Positions 17,085 to 25,724 of a stretch of DNA of 32,000 bases are shown piece by piece. Made by a program: the position numbers and the translations under genes. The notes beneath the pieces are model-generated. The model saw nothing but the letters and a program-made list of their open reading frames with translations, ran no database searches and was not told the origin of the DNA. The stretch comes from Candidatus Saccharimonadota bacterium (GTDB lineage: Archaea; Micrarchaeota; Micrarchaeia; Micrarchaeales; Micrarchaeaceae): the NCBI GenBank assembly GCA_963705375.1, contig OY970071.1, forward strand, positions 480,001-512,000. The letters are read 5' to 3'. Positions within the stretch are counted from its first letter, which is position 1, and every line of letters begins with the position of its first letter.

Positions 17085-19748
17085 CTACAGGAGCATGCCC
17101 TCGGCTATGCGTTCGGAGCCTCCGCCCTTGAATTTCTTGCCTTCGCGCTTCGCATAGCCCATGACGAAATCAAGCGCACTAGAATCCGACCCTGTACCTG
17201 AAACGCAGACGATATCACCAACCTTGTTGTACAGCATCAGCAGGTTTCCAGGCTTGGCCTCGACGAACTGTGTCGCAATCTGGCGGAGAGTCTTCCTGCC
17301 GTGCTCCAGCTGCTTGACGGCAGTGCTGCCCTTTGATTCTGCAATAAGGTCGGACACTATGTATGCCATAAGTTCGCTGTCGCTCTTCTCGAGGCGCGCC
17401 TTGTAGTCCTGCAGCTCTTCGAGCCTTGCGCGCATGCCCTCGGTAAGCTTGTCCCGGTCAACGCCAGCCAGCGTTGCAAGGGAGTCTATGCTTCCGTCAA
17501 GCGCACCAATCCTGTTTATCGCAGCATTGCCGGCAACGAACTCTATCCTGTTGATGCCGTCGTGTATGTGCGAAGTTCCAATGATCCTTATCAGGCCTAT
17601 TCCGGACTCGCGGCCTGCGAGGTGAAGGCCTCCGCATGCTTCAGCATCTATCAGGTTTCCCTCAATGTCGTGCACCTCGACTATCCGCAGTCTGCTTGAG
17701 GGTGCGCCATGGCCTTGGTATATCGAGAAGCCGAACTTCTTCTCGGCATCTTTTCTGTCAAGCTCTTGCACGGACACGCGTATGCCATGGGTTATGTACG
17801 AATTGGCCTTGTCCTCTATCTCCTGCACCTGTTCGGCAGTCAGCTTGTCATAATGGGCTATGTCTATGTGCGCCTTTTCAACGGTTTTCTTGGCACCCTC
17901 CTGCCACGCGTGCTTCCCTAGAATGCTCCTGCACGCGGCGCTCACGAGGTGCGTGGCCGTATGGTGCGCCATAAGGCCTAGCCTGCGCTCCCTGTCGACC
18001 TTGCAATGCACTTTTGCATTCTTCTTGAACGTGGCGCGCTTGACGAGCTCGTGGACGATTATGCCGTTTGACGTCTGTACGTCAGCAACGCCTATGCCGT
18101 CTATCTCTCCGCGATCGGTCTCCTGGCCACCACCCTCAGGATAGAATGGAGTCCTGTCAAGCACGAGCAAGTTGCCAGTGCTGAGAAGCACCTTTGCATC
18201 GGCTTCGAAAGCGCCATCATAATAGAGCTTCTTTGTCTCAGGAAGGCCCTCCGTGCTTATGCCGAGCTCTCTCTGCTTCTTGCGCTCAGCAAAGTCGCTC
18301 TTCACCAGACGTGTGTAAGCCTCTTTCGGAACATCTATCGCAGCGTGCTTCTCCTTTGCCACGGACTCTATGAACTCAGGAGTTATGCCATTGCTCTCGT
18401 ATAGCGTGCGCATGCGCTCCGCTGTCAGCGGCTCTTTCTTCTCGAGCATCGTGCCGACGATCTTCGCTGCTGCGATCTTGGTGCTATCGTAGCGCGTACG
18501 TTCTATCTCGATGACCGATTTCGCAGTCTCCATGCAGTCGCGCAGGTTCGGATATATGTCGGACAGCGCGTCGGCATGGAGCTCCATTAGCTTCAGCAGG
18601 TCGATGTTTATGTCGTGTTCCTTTGAGAAGCCGAATATCCTACGTAGCAGTATGCGCAAGTTATAGCCGCCGCCCACGTTGCTTGGCAGCGCACCGTCGT
18701 TTATCGCGAAGAGCAGCGTGCGCGCGTGGTCCGCGATGGCGTATGAGGCCTGCATGGGCTTTATCACGTTGCGGTACTGGCTAGGGTCTATGTCTGCTTT
18801 CTGCAGTATGCGCAGTTCCGCAGATTCCCCATCAGTCGCTTCGGTGAGGTCGATGCTTCCGAACTCATTCGCGACTTTCGAATACAGCGAAGTGTCCGGC
18901 TTTATCCCTGCGCTCTTGTGTATGTAATCAAGCTGGCGCTTGAACACAGCATCGTACAGTGTCTGTGTGCCCGCCTTGAACCATATGTTGCGCTCGAATC
19001 CCCAGCCGACGTCGACCACCATGCCGTCGAGCTCCTTGATCTTGCCGTCTGTGTATTCGAACTGGGTGAAAACATTGTTGACGAGCTCAAGCCCGCCAGA
19101 GAACGCCTCTATGCTGGGGCCGAATTCTGAGAAATCGCCCATCGCCCAGACATCCTCTATGTATGTTATCGTCTCCTTCTTGATGCCCAGAAGCTCGGTG
19201 AGCAGACGGTAGTTGAGCTCTATAGTCCTGTCGCGCCAGTAGCCCTCTTTGGGATAGTTGAATGCAGTCTGGTTCGCCATCATGAACGCAGTCAGGTGCC
19301 TTCCGCTGACGCCCACGTTCGCGATGTCGTTGAAGCGCATGCACATCTGTGGTACAAGTAGAGGGTTAGCGGGGTACTCGAAGCTCATCTTGCCGTGCTC
19401 GATGCGCTGGAAATCCTGTATGCCTGCTATAGTATAATAGAGATCCTGTCGCCACCTGCTCACGACAGGATAGCTGTCCACTATCGCATGGCCTTCCTTC
19501 TTGAAGAACCTGGCGAAGCTGTGCCAGAACTCGGAGTAGTCGACGCTGCTAGGGTTTTTTCTTATGAAAGAGTATGGCTCATGGGATGAATCGCCGCACA
19601 GCTTCCTTGACGGGTCCGCGCTCCAGAAATACTTTCCGCACATCGAGCAGCTGCGCCTTTCGAAGCCCTGCTCCTTGAACACGCTAACCTCGTAATACTT
19701 GCGAGGCTCTTTCGAGAACTGTTTTCGTAACTCATCTTTGCTAGGCAT
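17085..19748 (-). CDS. alaS: Alanine--tRNA ligase, archaeal type
   Basis: ~887 aa with CSMCGKYFWS near the N-terminus, a HHTATHLV...H editing-domain motif and a C-terminal DHHA1-like region. I chose the ATG at 19748, which overlaps the upstream nuclease stop by 1 nt (TGATG). The track start at 19811 lies inside that gene. Confidence 0.9.
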   Translation of the reverse strand: MPSKDELRKQFSKEPRKYYEVSVFKEQGFERRSCSMCGKYFWSADPSRKLCGDSSHEPYSFIRKNPSSVDYSEFWHSFARFFKKEGHAIVDSYPVVSRWRQDLYYTIAGIQDFQRIEHGKMSFEYPANPLLVPQMCMRFNDIANVGVSGRHLTAFMMANQTAFNYPKEGYWRDRTIELNYRLLTELLGIKKETITYIEDVWAMGDFSEFGPSIEAFSGGLELVNNVFTQFEYTDGKIKELDGMVVDVGWGFERNIWFKAGTQTLYDAVFKRQLDYIHKSAGIKPDTSLYSKVANEFGSIDLTEATDGESAELRILQKADIDPSQYRNVIKPMQASYAIADHARTLLFAINDGALPSNVGGGYNLRILLRRIFGFSKEHDINIDLLKLMELHADALSDIYPNLRDCMETAKSVIEIERTRYDSTKIAAAKIVGTMLEKKEPLTAERMRTLYESNGITPEFIESVAKEKHAAIDVPKEAYTRLVKSDFAERKKQRELGISTEGLPETKKLYYDGAFEADAKVLLSTGNLLVLDRTPFYPEGGGQETDRGEIDGIGVADVQTSNGIIVHELVKRATFKKNAKVHCKVDRERRLGLMAHHTATHLVSAACRSILGKHAWQEGAKKTVEKAHIDIAHYDKLTAEQVQEIEDKANSYITHGIRVSVQELDRKDAEKKFGFSIYQGHGAPSSRLRIVEVHDIEGNLIDAEACGGLHLAGRESGIGLIRIIGTSHIHDGINRIEFVAGNAAINRIGALDGSIDSLATLAGVDRDKLTEGMRARLEELQDYKARLEKSDSELMAYIVSDLIAESKGSTAVKQLEHGRKTLRQIATQFVEAKPGNLLMLYNKVGDIVCVSGTGSDSSALDFVMGYAKREGKKFKGGGSERIAEGMLL

Positions 19749-20653
19749 CAAAGCACCTTTTGCGGAGACCAAACTTTGCATTCCTTCCCGAAGAACACGC
19801 AGTAGTTGCACTTCCAGCTCTCCTGCTGTGGAACAGGCAGCGATTCGCGCTCCCCGTTCCAGTACTTCAGAGAATACCGGACGATCTCCTGCACTTCTTC
19901 GTTGCTGTATTGGAAAGTATACAATTTAATTTCATTGCCCGTGAACTGGTCGATGTAGCGCAGCCGTAGCGTGTCGCTCAGGCGCAACGAGAGCATCGCC
20001 TTGAAATAGCTATCAGCGACAGCATCGACGCTCTGCTGCGCAGCGGATATATCAAGCGCACTCAACTGGTGCTTGAACTCGTCAGTGAGGCGCAACATTG
20101 AAATCCCATAGGCCTTCCTGAAATTGTCATTTGTGTAGCTTCCTGCGACAAGATCACCGAGAAGCAGCCGGTACAGGAGCACCTGTATCTTGTGCGTCAT
20201 CATCTGCGATTCGGAAGGTATCTTCGGACTTGCGCGCGTCTTGTCTTCTGAAATGACCGCTATGCCGTCCTTGAACTGCAGCTCGTCAATCTTGCCGACC
20301 AGCTTGTAGCCGGAGACAGAACCGTATACGCGCACCTCTCTTGTCTTGCCTTTCTTCTTGAGAGAGTCTATCGCAACACAGCTCTCGTACAGGTTCTTGT
20401 ACATCGCATCTGCATAGCTCTTGGGCTGCAGCATGACAGGGACGTTCGTTTCTTCCTCGAGCTCTTCGTGGATGAGCCTGCCGCCCTTTATCTCTGCCGT
20501 TATGCGTCGGCCGTACTTGTAGTTGAACTCCATCTGGCGCTCGCACCAGTACTGCGAGCATATGTCGGATATGCTTATGCTGCTTTTGTGCAGAGCGCTC
20601 AAAACACTCAGACGAACACCGAATAGTAATCTTAGTTCAGTCTTAAATACCAT
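19748..20653 (-). CDS. PD-(D/E)xK nuclease of the Cas4/Exo5 type with a 4-Cys Fe-S cluster signature
   Basis: N-terminal CSQYWCERQ, GRLIHEELE, GKIDEL...VISEDKTR (D...ExK), HKIQVLLY (QxxxY) and C-terminal CNYCVFFGKEC (CX2CX6C). Confidence 0.6.
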   Translation of the reverse strand: MVFKTELRLLFGVRLSVLSALHKSSISISDICSQYWCERQMEFNYKYGRRITAEIKGGRLIHEELEEETNVPVMLQPKSYADAMYKNLYESCVAIDSLKKKGKTREVRVYGSVSGYKLVGKIDELQFKDGIAVISEDKTRASPKIPSESQMMTHKIQVLLYRLLLGDLVAGSYTNDNFRKAYGISMLRLTDEFKHQLSALDISAAQQSVDAVADSYFKAMLSLRLSDTLRLRYIDQFTGNEIKLYTFQYSNEEVQEIVRYSLKYWNGERESLPVPQQESWKCNYCVFFGKECKVWSPQKVL

Positions 20654-20926
20654 GCAGCAAACGCTGCAGTAGAATCACAGAATATGAGGTTCACGGGTTA
20701 AGTTCGGGCGGGTCTTTTGATATGGTCAGCCCGCCTACCTATCTTCATAGCAATAGCTCAGCGATTACCTCAATCATCACGATGTTGCTTCGTTTTTATA
20801 AGTATAAATACTGTGCGATGCCAATCCACAGCGTGACCGCCTTTGCTCAGAATATTTATATGATGCGTCCGAAAGTATTACTGCGAAGACTATAGGACAA
20901 TATGCAAACATAGCAAAGGCATACAA

Positions 20927-22072
20927 ATGCAAGAATCAGCGTTTACCAAAAGTAAGAGCAGCAACAACAGAGAAAGATTCCTAATGCTCGGCATTGAAGC
21001 GCTGCAGAATAACTTTTTGCGCCTCAGGCACCCATACAAGCTCAGTTTTTCGGTAACATACAGGTGCCAATCGAGATGCAAGACGTGCAATATCTGGCGG
21101 ATGAAACCACAGAACGAGCTCAGCCTGGACGAGATACGCATGTTCGCAGAGAAGAACACGCACTTCAAGTGGGTGAGCATAACGGGCGGCGAACCATTCT
21201 TGAGGAGCGACATAGCGGAGATTGTCGGCATTTTTATGAAGAACTGGAGCAGCTTATATCTTGTGACGATACCCACCAACTCCCTCACTTCGAAAAACGT
21301 CATAGTCGACAAGGTGAAGCGCATGCTTGACATGAGAGTGCCAAAACTCTCGATAACGCTCAGCCTGGATGGCTACCGTGAGTTGCACGACCAGATACGC
21401 GGCGTGAACGGCGCATTTGACAAAGTGATAGCACTCGCAAAAGAATTCAAAGAACTGCAGAAAACGTACAAGAACTTGTTCTTTGTTTTCGGCTACACCA
21501 TAAGCAAATACAACATCGGCATGCTTGAGAGAACCTATGAGTGCCTAAGGGATGCGATGCCTGAAGTTACCCGCAACGACATACACATAAATGTTGCCCA
21601 GAATTCCGACATTTACTACAACAACTCTTCTCTAGATATCAAGGCAGACAGAGGTGCGATCGCCAATGAGCTGCGCGAGTTCATAAACAAAAGGAAACCG
21701 ACCTACGATGCAATATCAATCATAGAAGACATATTTCTCAAGAACCTAGTCAAGTATGTTGAAACGGGAAGAACACCTATGAGAAGCAGAAGCCTTGATG
21801 CGTCGCTTTTCATGGACAGCTACGGCACCGTATTTCCGTCGATAATGTGGGACGCGCGCATAGGCAGCATAAGAGAAGCAGGATATTCTCTAGAGCCCAT
21901 ATGGAAAAGCAGTGCGGCAGACCGCGCAAGGAAGAAGATACGAGAAGGGCTGGAGCCTAGCGCATGGACGGCGTGCGAGGCATATCAGGCAATAGTAGCA
22001 AACGCTCCGTGTTTTGCCAGCCTGCTGTTTCCTGCTGGCATAGCAAAAGAGACCAACAAGGCAGAGTTATGA
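20927..22072 (+). CDS. Radical SAM protein with a SPASM-like C-terminal region lacking the auxiliary-cluster cysteines
   Basis: FSVTYRCQSRCKTCNIW (CX3CX2C) and SITGGEPFL. The C-terminal FMDSYGTVFPSIMWDARIGSIREAGYSLEPIWKS resembles the SPASM hairpin with Ser in place of Cys. An alternative ATG lies at codon 20. Confidence 0.75.
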   Translation: MQESAFTKSKSSNNRERFLMLGIEALQNNFLRLRHPYKLSFSVTYRCQSRCKTCNIWRMKPQNELSLDEIRMFAEKNTHFKWVSITGGEPFLRSDIAEIVGIFMKNWSSLYLVTIPTNSLTSKNVIVDKVKRMLDMRVPKLSITLSLDGYRELHDQIRGVNGAFDKVIALAKEFKELQKTYKNLFFVFGYTISKYNIGMLERTYECLRDAMPEVTRNDIHINVAQNSDIYYNNSSLDIKADRGAIANELREFINKRKPTYDAISIIEDIFLKNLVKYVETGRTPMRSRSLDASLFMDSYGTVFPSIMWDARIGSIREAGYSLEPIWKSSAADRARKKIREGLEPSAWTACEAYQAIVANAPCFASLLFPAGIAKETNKAEL

Positions 22073-22776
22073 TGCAGTATAAAGACATAACCGTTGTGAT
22101 TCCGACAATAAACGAAGAAGGGTCTATCGGCACACTCATCAAACGCCTGCTCACGCTGTACAACGGAATACGCATCGCAGTCATTGATGACGGTTCGTCC
22201 GATGGCACGCTTCAGATCGCCAAGGCATTCTCCAGGAAAGAGGAAAACGTGCACGTTTACGACAGGAAGGCGCTGGGGCTCAAGAAGGGCCTCGAATACA
22301 GCATGATTGATGGTATGCGCTTTTCGAAGACAAGGTACGTTGTGTTCATTGACGGAGACCTGCAGCACCCTCCTGAAGGTATAAAGCGCATTGCAGCGGA
22401 ATTGTCGAAAGGCAGCAGCATAGCAATAGCAGTCAGGGCTTATGGATACAACACACTGCTGCACCGCACCATAATCTCGAGCGTCCTTTCGGCGATTGGC
22501 ATCATGGTTTTGCGCATGCAGGGCAGCGCCACGAGCAGGGACATATTCTCAGGCTATTTCGGAGTGGAGAAATCCTACGCAGAGAAAATACTCAAACACA
22601 ACAAGAAGAGGTTCGTAGGAGAGGGATACAAATTCCTCTTTGACCTTCTGAAGTGCATACCCACTGGCGAAACAACCATGGCAGAGATACCTTACAGGTT
22701 CAAGGAAAGGCAGTTTGGCTCATCCAAAGCAGCGGTCAGCCAAGGCATCGCACTGCTCAGATCCTATTTTACCTGA
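22069..22776 (+). CDS. GT2 polyprenyl-phosphate glycosyltransferase (Dpm1/GtrB-like), soluble catalytic domain only
   Basis: ITVVIPTINEEGSI, VIDDGSSDGT, FIDGDLQHPPE and a YRF.ER..G.SK tail. The ATG at 22069 forms an ATGA overlap with the radical SAM stop. The track's longer N-terminus lies inside that gene. Confidence 0.75.
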   Translation: MMQYKDITVVIPTINEEGSIGTLIKRLLTLYNGIRIAVIDDGSSDGTLQIAKAFSRKEENVHVYDRKALGLKKGLEYSMIDGMRFSKTRYVVFIDGDLQHPPEGIKRIAAELSKGSSIAIAVRAYGYNTLLHRTIISSVLSAIGIMVLRMQGSATSRDIFSGYFGVEKSYAEKILKHNKKRFVGEGYKFLFDLLKCIPTGETTMAEIPYRFKERQFGSSKAAVSQGIALLRSYFT

Positions 22777-22974
22777 TCCGCAATTGGCCTAAATTAAGAC
22801 TATAAGCGCCTTTTTCATCACTAGCGATTCTGCACTTTGCGAACATGAAAGGAAATATTCCGATGGCTTTCTTGGAACGGCGATAAGTATGAATGTCGAT
22901 GCTGTTGTGATAGCAAGACCTAGATAAAGGGGAATTGGCGTGTCTCGTTCATAGGCGTATGTCGCTTAAAAAAG

Positions 22975-23571
22975 TCATTTCTTGCGCTTGCGATGCACAA
23001 AGACCGTAAGAGCAGAAAGCACTATTATGACAAGCATGATGAGGGTCATTATTTCGACTGCGTTTGGAATCAGCGTGCCAAGGAAGAAGCCGAGGAGTGC
23101 CACGGAAGCGACCCATGTAAGGCCACCCAATACATTATAAGCCAGAAAGACATGGTATTTCATTTCCGCAGTCCCAGAAAGTGTAGGCGCAATGGTACGC
23201 ACGATGGGAATATATCTGGCAAAGAAGATCGTAACAGGGCCATACCTCTTGAAAAAGTCTTCAGTCTTGGCTAGGTTTTCTTTGTTAAGATAATAATCCA
23301 TGAAGTGCGGTTCTTTCTTAGTGAAAACAGGCTTGCCAAACTTCCTGCCGAGATAGTAGCCGAAAGAATCACCCAACACTGCAGCAAGGAAACATACCAG
23401 TATCACTTTAGGCATGTTTAGAATATTTTTTGAGGAGAGCAGCCCTGCGGTGAATAGGAACGTGTCGCCAGGGAGGAAGAAGCCCACCAATAGGCCTGTC
23501 TCTGAAAAAATCACTCCGAAAAGCGCAACATAGCCGAAGGATATCAGTATCTGTGATATGTCAACTAGCAT
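22975..23571 (-). CDS. DedA family membrane protein
   Basis: GLLVGFFLPGDTFLFTAGLL and RYIPIVRTIAPTLSG motifs. 198 aa, polytopic. Confidence 0.8.
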   Translation of the reverse strand: MLVDISQILISFGYVALFGVIFSETGLLVGFFLPGDTFLFTAGLLSSKNILNMPKVILVCFLAAVLGDSFGYYLGRKFGKPVFTKKEPHFMDYYLNKENLAKTEDFFKRYGPVTIFFARYIPIVRTIAPTLSGTAEMKYHVFLAYNVLGGLTWVASVALLGFFLGTLIPNAVEIMTLIMLVIIVLSALTVFVHRKRKK

Positions 23572-23674
23572 CAGTTTTCACCGGAATGTTAAAGTAGGAT
23601 ACAATAATTAATAAGATTAGGTATTTGAAGCGTGGTTGTTGTATAAAAGGTTTTGTTTCCGAACCTAATCAAGG

Positions 23675-24712
23675 TTGGATGTTGTGAAGCTCATAAGGTT
23701 TAATGAGGAGATCGGCACGCTCAAGGTCAGAGTCGACAATCTGGAGGACTTATGGGCGATGCAGCGCGTTGTGTTCGCAGGTGATGTCGTCAAAGCAGAG
23801 AGCGAGCGCAAGTTCAAACCAGAACAGGGATCCGAAGGAGAGTTCAAGACAGTGATGATAACGCTGCGCGTTGAGAAAACTGAACTAGACAAGAGCGCAG
23901 GCAGGCTGCGCATACTGGGTAAGATCCTGGATGGTAGGCCCATGGAGTATGTTAGGATAAACAGCTACCACACACTGAACATAGCACCAGACACCGAGCT
24001 GGAGATATTGAAGAACAAGTGGCACAGATACCTGATAGATGTGGTGAAGAGTGCCGTACAGGAATCTAAAAGGCCGCGCTTAGGCATAGTTGTGGTTGAT
24101 GACGAGAAGGCGCTGCCAGTATACCTGCTCGGCTATGGAATAGAGTTCAGGAAAGAGATATACAGCAACCTGAGCAAGCGCATGACACAGAAAGAATTCC
24201 GCGAGCAGGAGAAGAAGTATTTCGACGACATTCTTGCAACTGTCATGAGGATGAACGTCGATACTGTCGTGATAGCAGGACCTGGATTCACGAAGGACGA
24301 TATCAAAGCCTACGCAGAAGAATCAGACGTGCTCAAAAAAAGCCCCAAGAGCATCGTTTTCGGCAGTGCGAGCAATGCCGAGCGTTCTGGAATCTATGAG
24401 ATGATAAAGAGCGAGAGCATAGCAAAACTGATGCAAAAGGAGCGCATAAGCCGGGAGTTCGCGCTGATGGAACAGTTCCTTCAGGGGCTTGCGGCAGGAA
24501 CTTCGAAATACGGCATTGAGAATGTCGGCATTGCCATATACGATGGAACTGCAGGCATAGTGCTGGTGAACGACAGCATGCTGTGGGACAAAAGCGTGGA
24601 GGTGGTGCTGGAAAAGGCAGAGAAGTGCAGGATCACGATAGAGATATTCAACGCGGACGACGAGGCAGGCATGCAGCTCAACGGATTCAAAGGCATCGCG
24701 AGCATGCACTGA
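23675..24712 (+). CDS. pelA: Pelota (Dom34) ribosome-rescue / mRNA surveillance factor
   Basis: LKVRVDNLEDLWAMQRVVFAGDVV N-terminal domain, and a 345-aa length with an eRF1-like C-terminus. TTG start at 23675, with TATAAAA at 23642-23648 about 27 nt upstream (leaderless). Confidence 0.8.
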   Translation: MDVVKLIRFNEEIGTLKVRVDNLEDLWAMQRVVFAGDVVKAESERKFKPEQGSEGEFKTVMITLRVEKTELDKSAGRLRILGKILDGRPMEYVRINSYHTLNIAPDTELEILKNKWHRYLIDVVKSAVQESKRPRLGIVVVDDEKALPVYLLGYGIEFRKEIYSNLSKRMTQKEFREQEKKYFDDILATVMRMNVDTVVIAGPGFTKDDIKAYAEESDVLKKSPKSIVFGSASNAERSGIYEMIKSESIAKLMQKERISREFALMEQFLQGLAAGTSKYGIENVGIAIYDGTAGIVLVNDSMLWDKSVEVVLEKAEKCRITIEIFNADDEAGMQLNGFKGIASMH

Positions 24713-24935
24713 ATGCGCAGACAATTTTATGCGCATTTTTGAATGCGTATTCTTATACAAAAGCCTTAAATGGTTATCTGTATGTATATCTCTGTAATAT
24801 TGTTAAAGTGAATGTTGGTAGTAATGCAGACGCTACAAAGATTTACAGCAATCTTGCGCACATATACAGGTAGCGTCAGCTCCAATTGTTTTATACCAGC
24901 ATTTTGGGCTGCATAAAATTCTTCAGATTTTTGAG

Positions 24936-25304
24936 GTGTTTTATGTGGCTCACGCTAATACTAGAGTAAATGAAAACAAGCTCAGCAGGAGAGAGCAACT
25001 GCTAGTCCTGGAGATAGGCAGGGACAGGATAGACACTGCCTCGAGCTTTGTAGACTACATAAACGGAGCGTACGGATTCTCAAAGAGCTCGGCATGGTAC
25101 TGCCTCAACAAGCTCAAGGAGCAGGGCATCGTGGAGTTCGCGAACAGGGACGAGGTCGGCAAGCCCCTGCTGCTTACAAAAGAAGGAGCACAGGAGCTGT
25201 GCTGCATAGAGAAATCCAAGAACGAGCTGCTAAACCACTTCAGCAACGCAGCATACGCCGTGATCACACAGAGTAATCCCGCATTTAGCAGATGGCCTGG
25301 GTGA
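24936..25304 (+). CDS. Small winged-helix DNA-binding protein (MarR/TrmB-like)
   Basis: LSRREQLLVLEIG...SKSSAWYCLNKLKEQGIVEF...KPLLLTKEG fits an HTH plus wing. The start is uncertain. The GTG at 24945 is preceded by GAGGTG (24933-24938) with a 6-nt spacer. Confidence 0.45.
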   Translation: MFYVAHANTRVNENKLSRREQLLVLEIGRDRIDTASSFVDYINGAYGFSKSSAWYCLNKLKEQGIVEFANRDEVGKPLLLTKEGAQELCCIEKSKNELLNHFSNAAYAVITQSNPAFSRWPG

Positions 25305-25313
25305 GACGGGAGG

Positions 25314-25344
25314 GTGGTGCCGGCAAGGTGAGTGCCGGCACCAC
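25314..25344. terminator. Perfect 12-bp GC-rich hairpin between convergent genes
   Basis: GTGGTGCCGGCA (25314-25325), loop AGGTGAG, then TGCCGGCACCAC (25333-25344). It lies in the 45-bp gap between the wHTH stop and the MGMT-domain stop. Confidence 0.4.
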
Positions 25345-25349
25345 ACACT

Positions 25350-25667
25350 TCATATGACGCCATCAACTCTGTTACCGATTATACGCACTCCTTCGTTTTT
25401 TAGCAGTGCCCCTTTTCTTTTAGTTCCGAACCTGTAACGGCCAGCCTGCCCATCACTCCGGATCACCCTATGGCATGGCACAATAAGCGGCAGGGGATTT
25501 TTCTTTAGCGCGGTGCCCACAGCCCTGCAGGAATTAGGGCGACCTATCTGTTCGGCAATCTGTTTGTAGCTTCTTGTTTCGCCTTTAGGTATTGCGCACA
25601 CAGCAAGCAGTACCGTTCTATGGAACTCGCTTAGCTGGAATCTGCCAAGCTTGCGTTCTATATTCAT
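25350..25667 (-). CDS. MGMT-family (O6-alkylguanine DNA alkyltransferase C-terminal domain) protein, single domain
   Basis: IPKGETRSYKQIAEQIGRPNSCRAVGTALKKNPLPLIVPCHRVIRSDG contains the PCHRV active-site motif. Only 105 aa. Confidence 0.75.
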   Translation of the reverse strand: MNIERKLGRFQLSEFHRTVLLAVCAIPKGETRSYKQIAEQIGRPNSCRAVGTALKKNPLPLIVPCHRVIRSDGQAGRYRFGTKRKGALLKNEGVRIIGNRVDGVI

Positions 25668-25724
25668 GCGCGGACATTGCAGGCAAGCTTTTTAAATGCT
25701 ATAAGAGATAGCACCTCGATAGTT

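Noticed and set aside
17161-19589. Numerous 60-112 aa plus-strand ORFs inside the alaS region (for example 17636-17974 and 18940-19212)
   Set aside because: They are antisense shadow ORFs of a well-supported 887-aa AlaRS gene in relatively GC-rich DNA. They have no motifs, no promoter context and low-complexity Ser/Arg/Leu-rich translations.
19748-20653. A CRISPR-Cas locus implied by the Cas4-like nuclease
   Set aside because: I found no repeat-spacer array and no other cas genes anywhere in the 32 kb. The gene is co-oriented and overlapping with alaS, so it is treated as a stand-alone Exo5/Cas4-family nuclease.
20700-20740. GGCGGG...CCCGCC inverted repeat in the nuclease/radical-SAM intergenic region, as a possible small RNA or riboswitch
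   Set aside because: It has only a 6-bp stem with a 17-nt loop, and I could see no flanking conserved structure or box motifs. That is insufficient to call an RNA gene.
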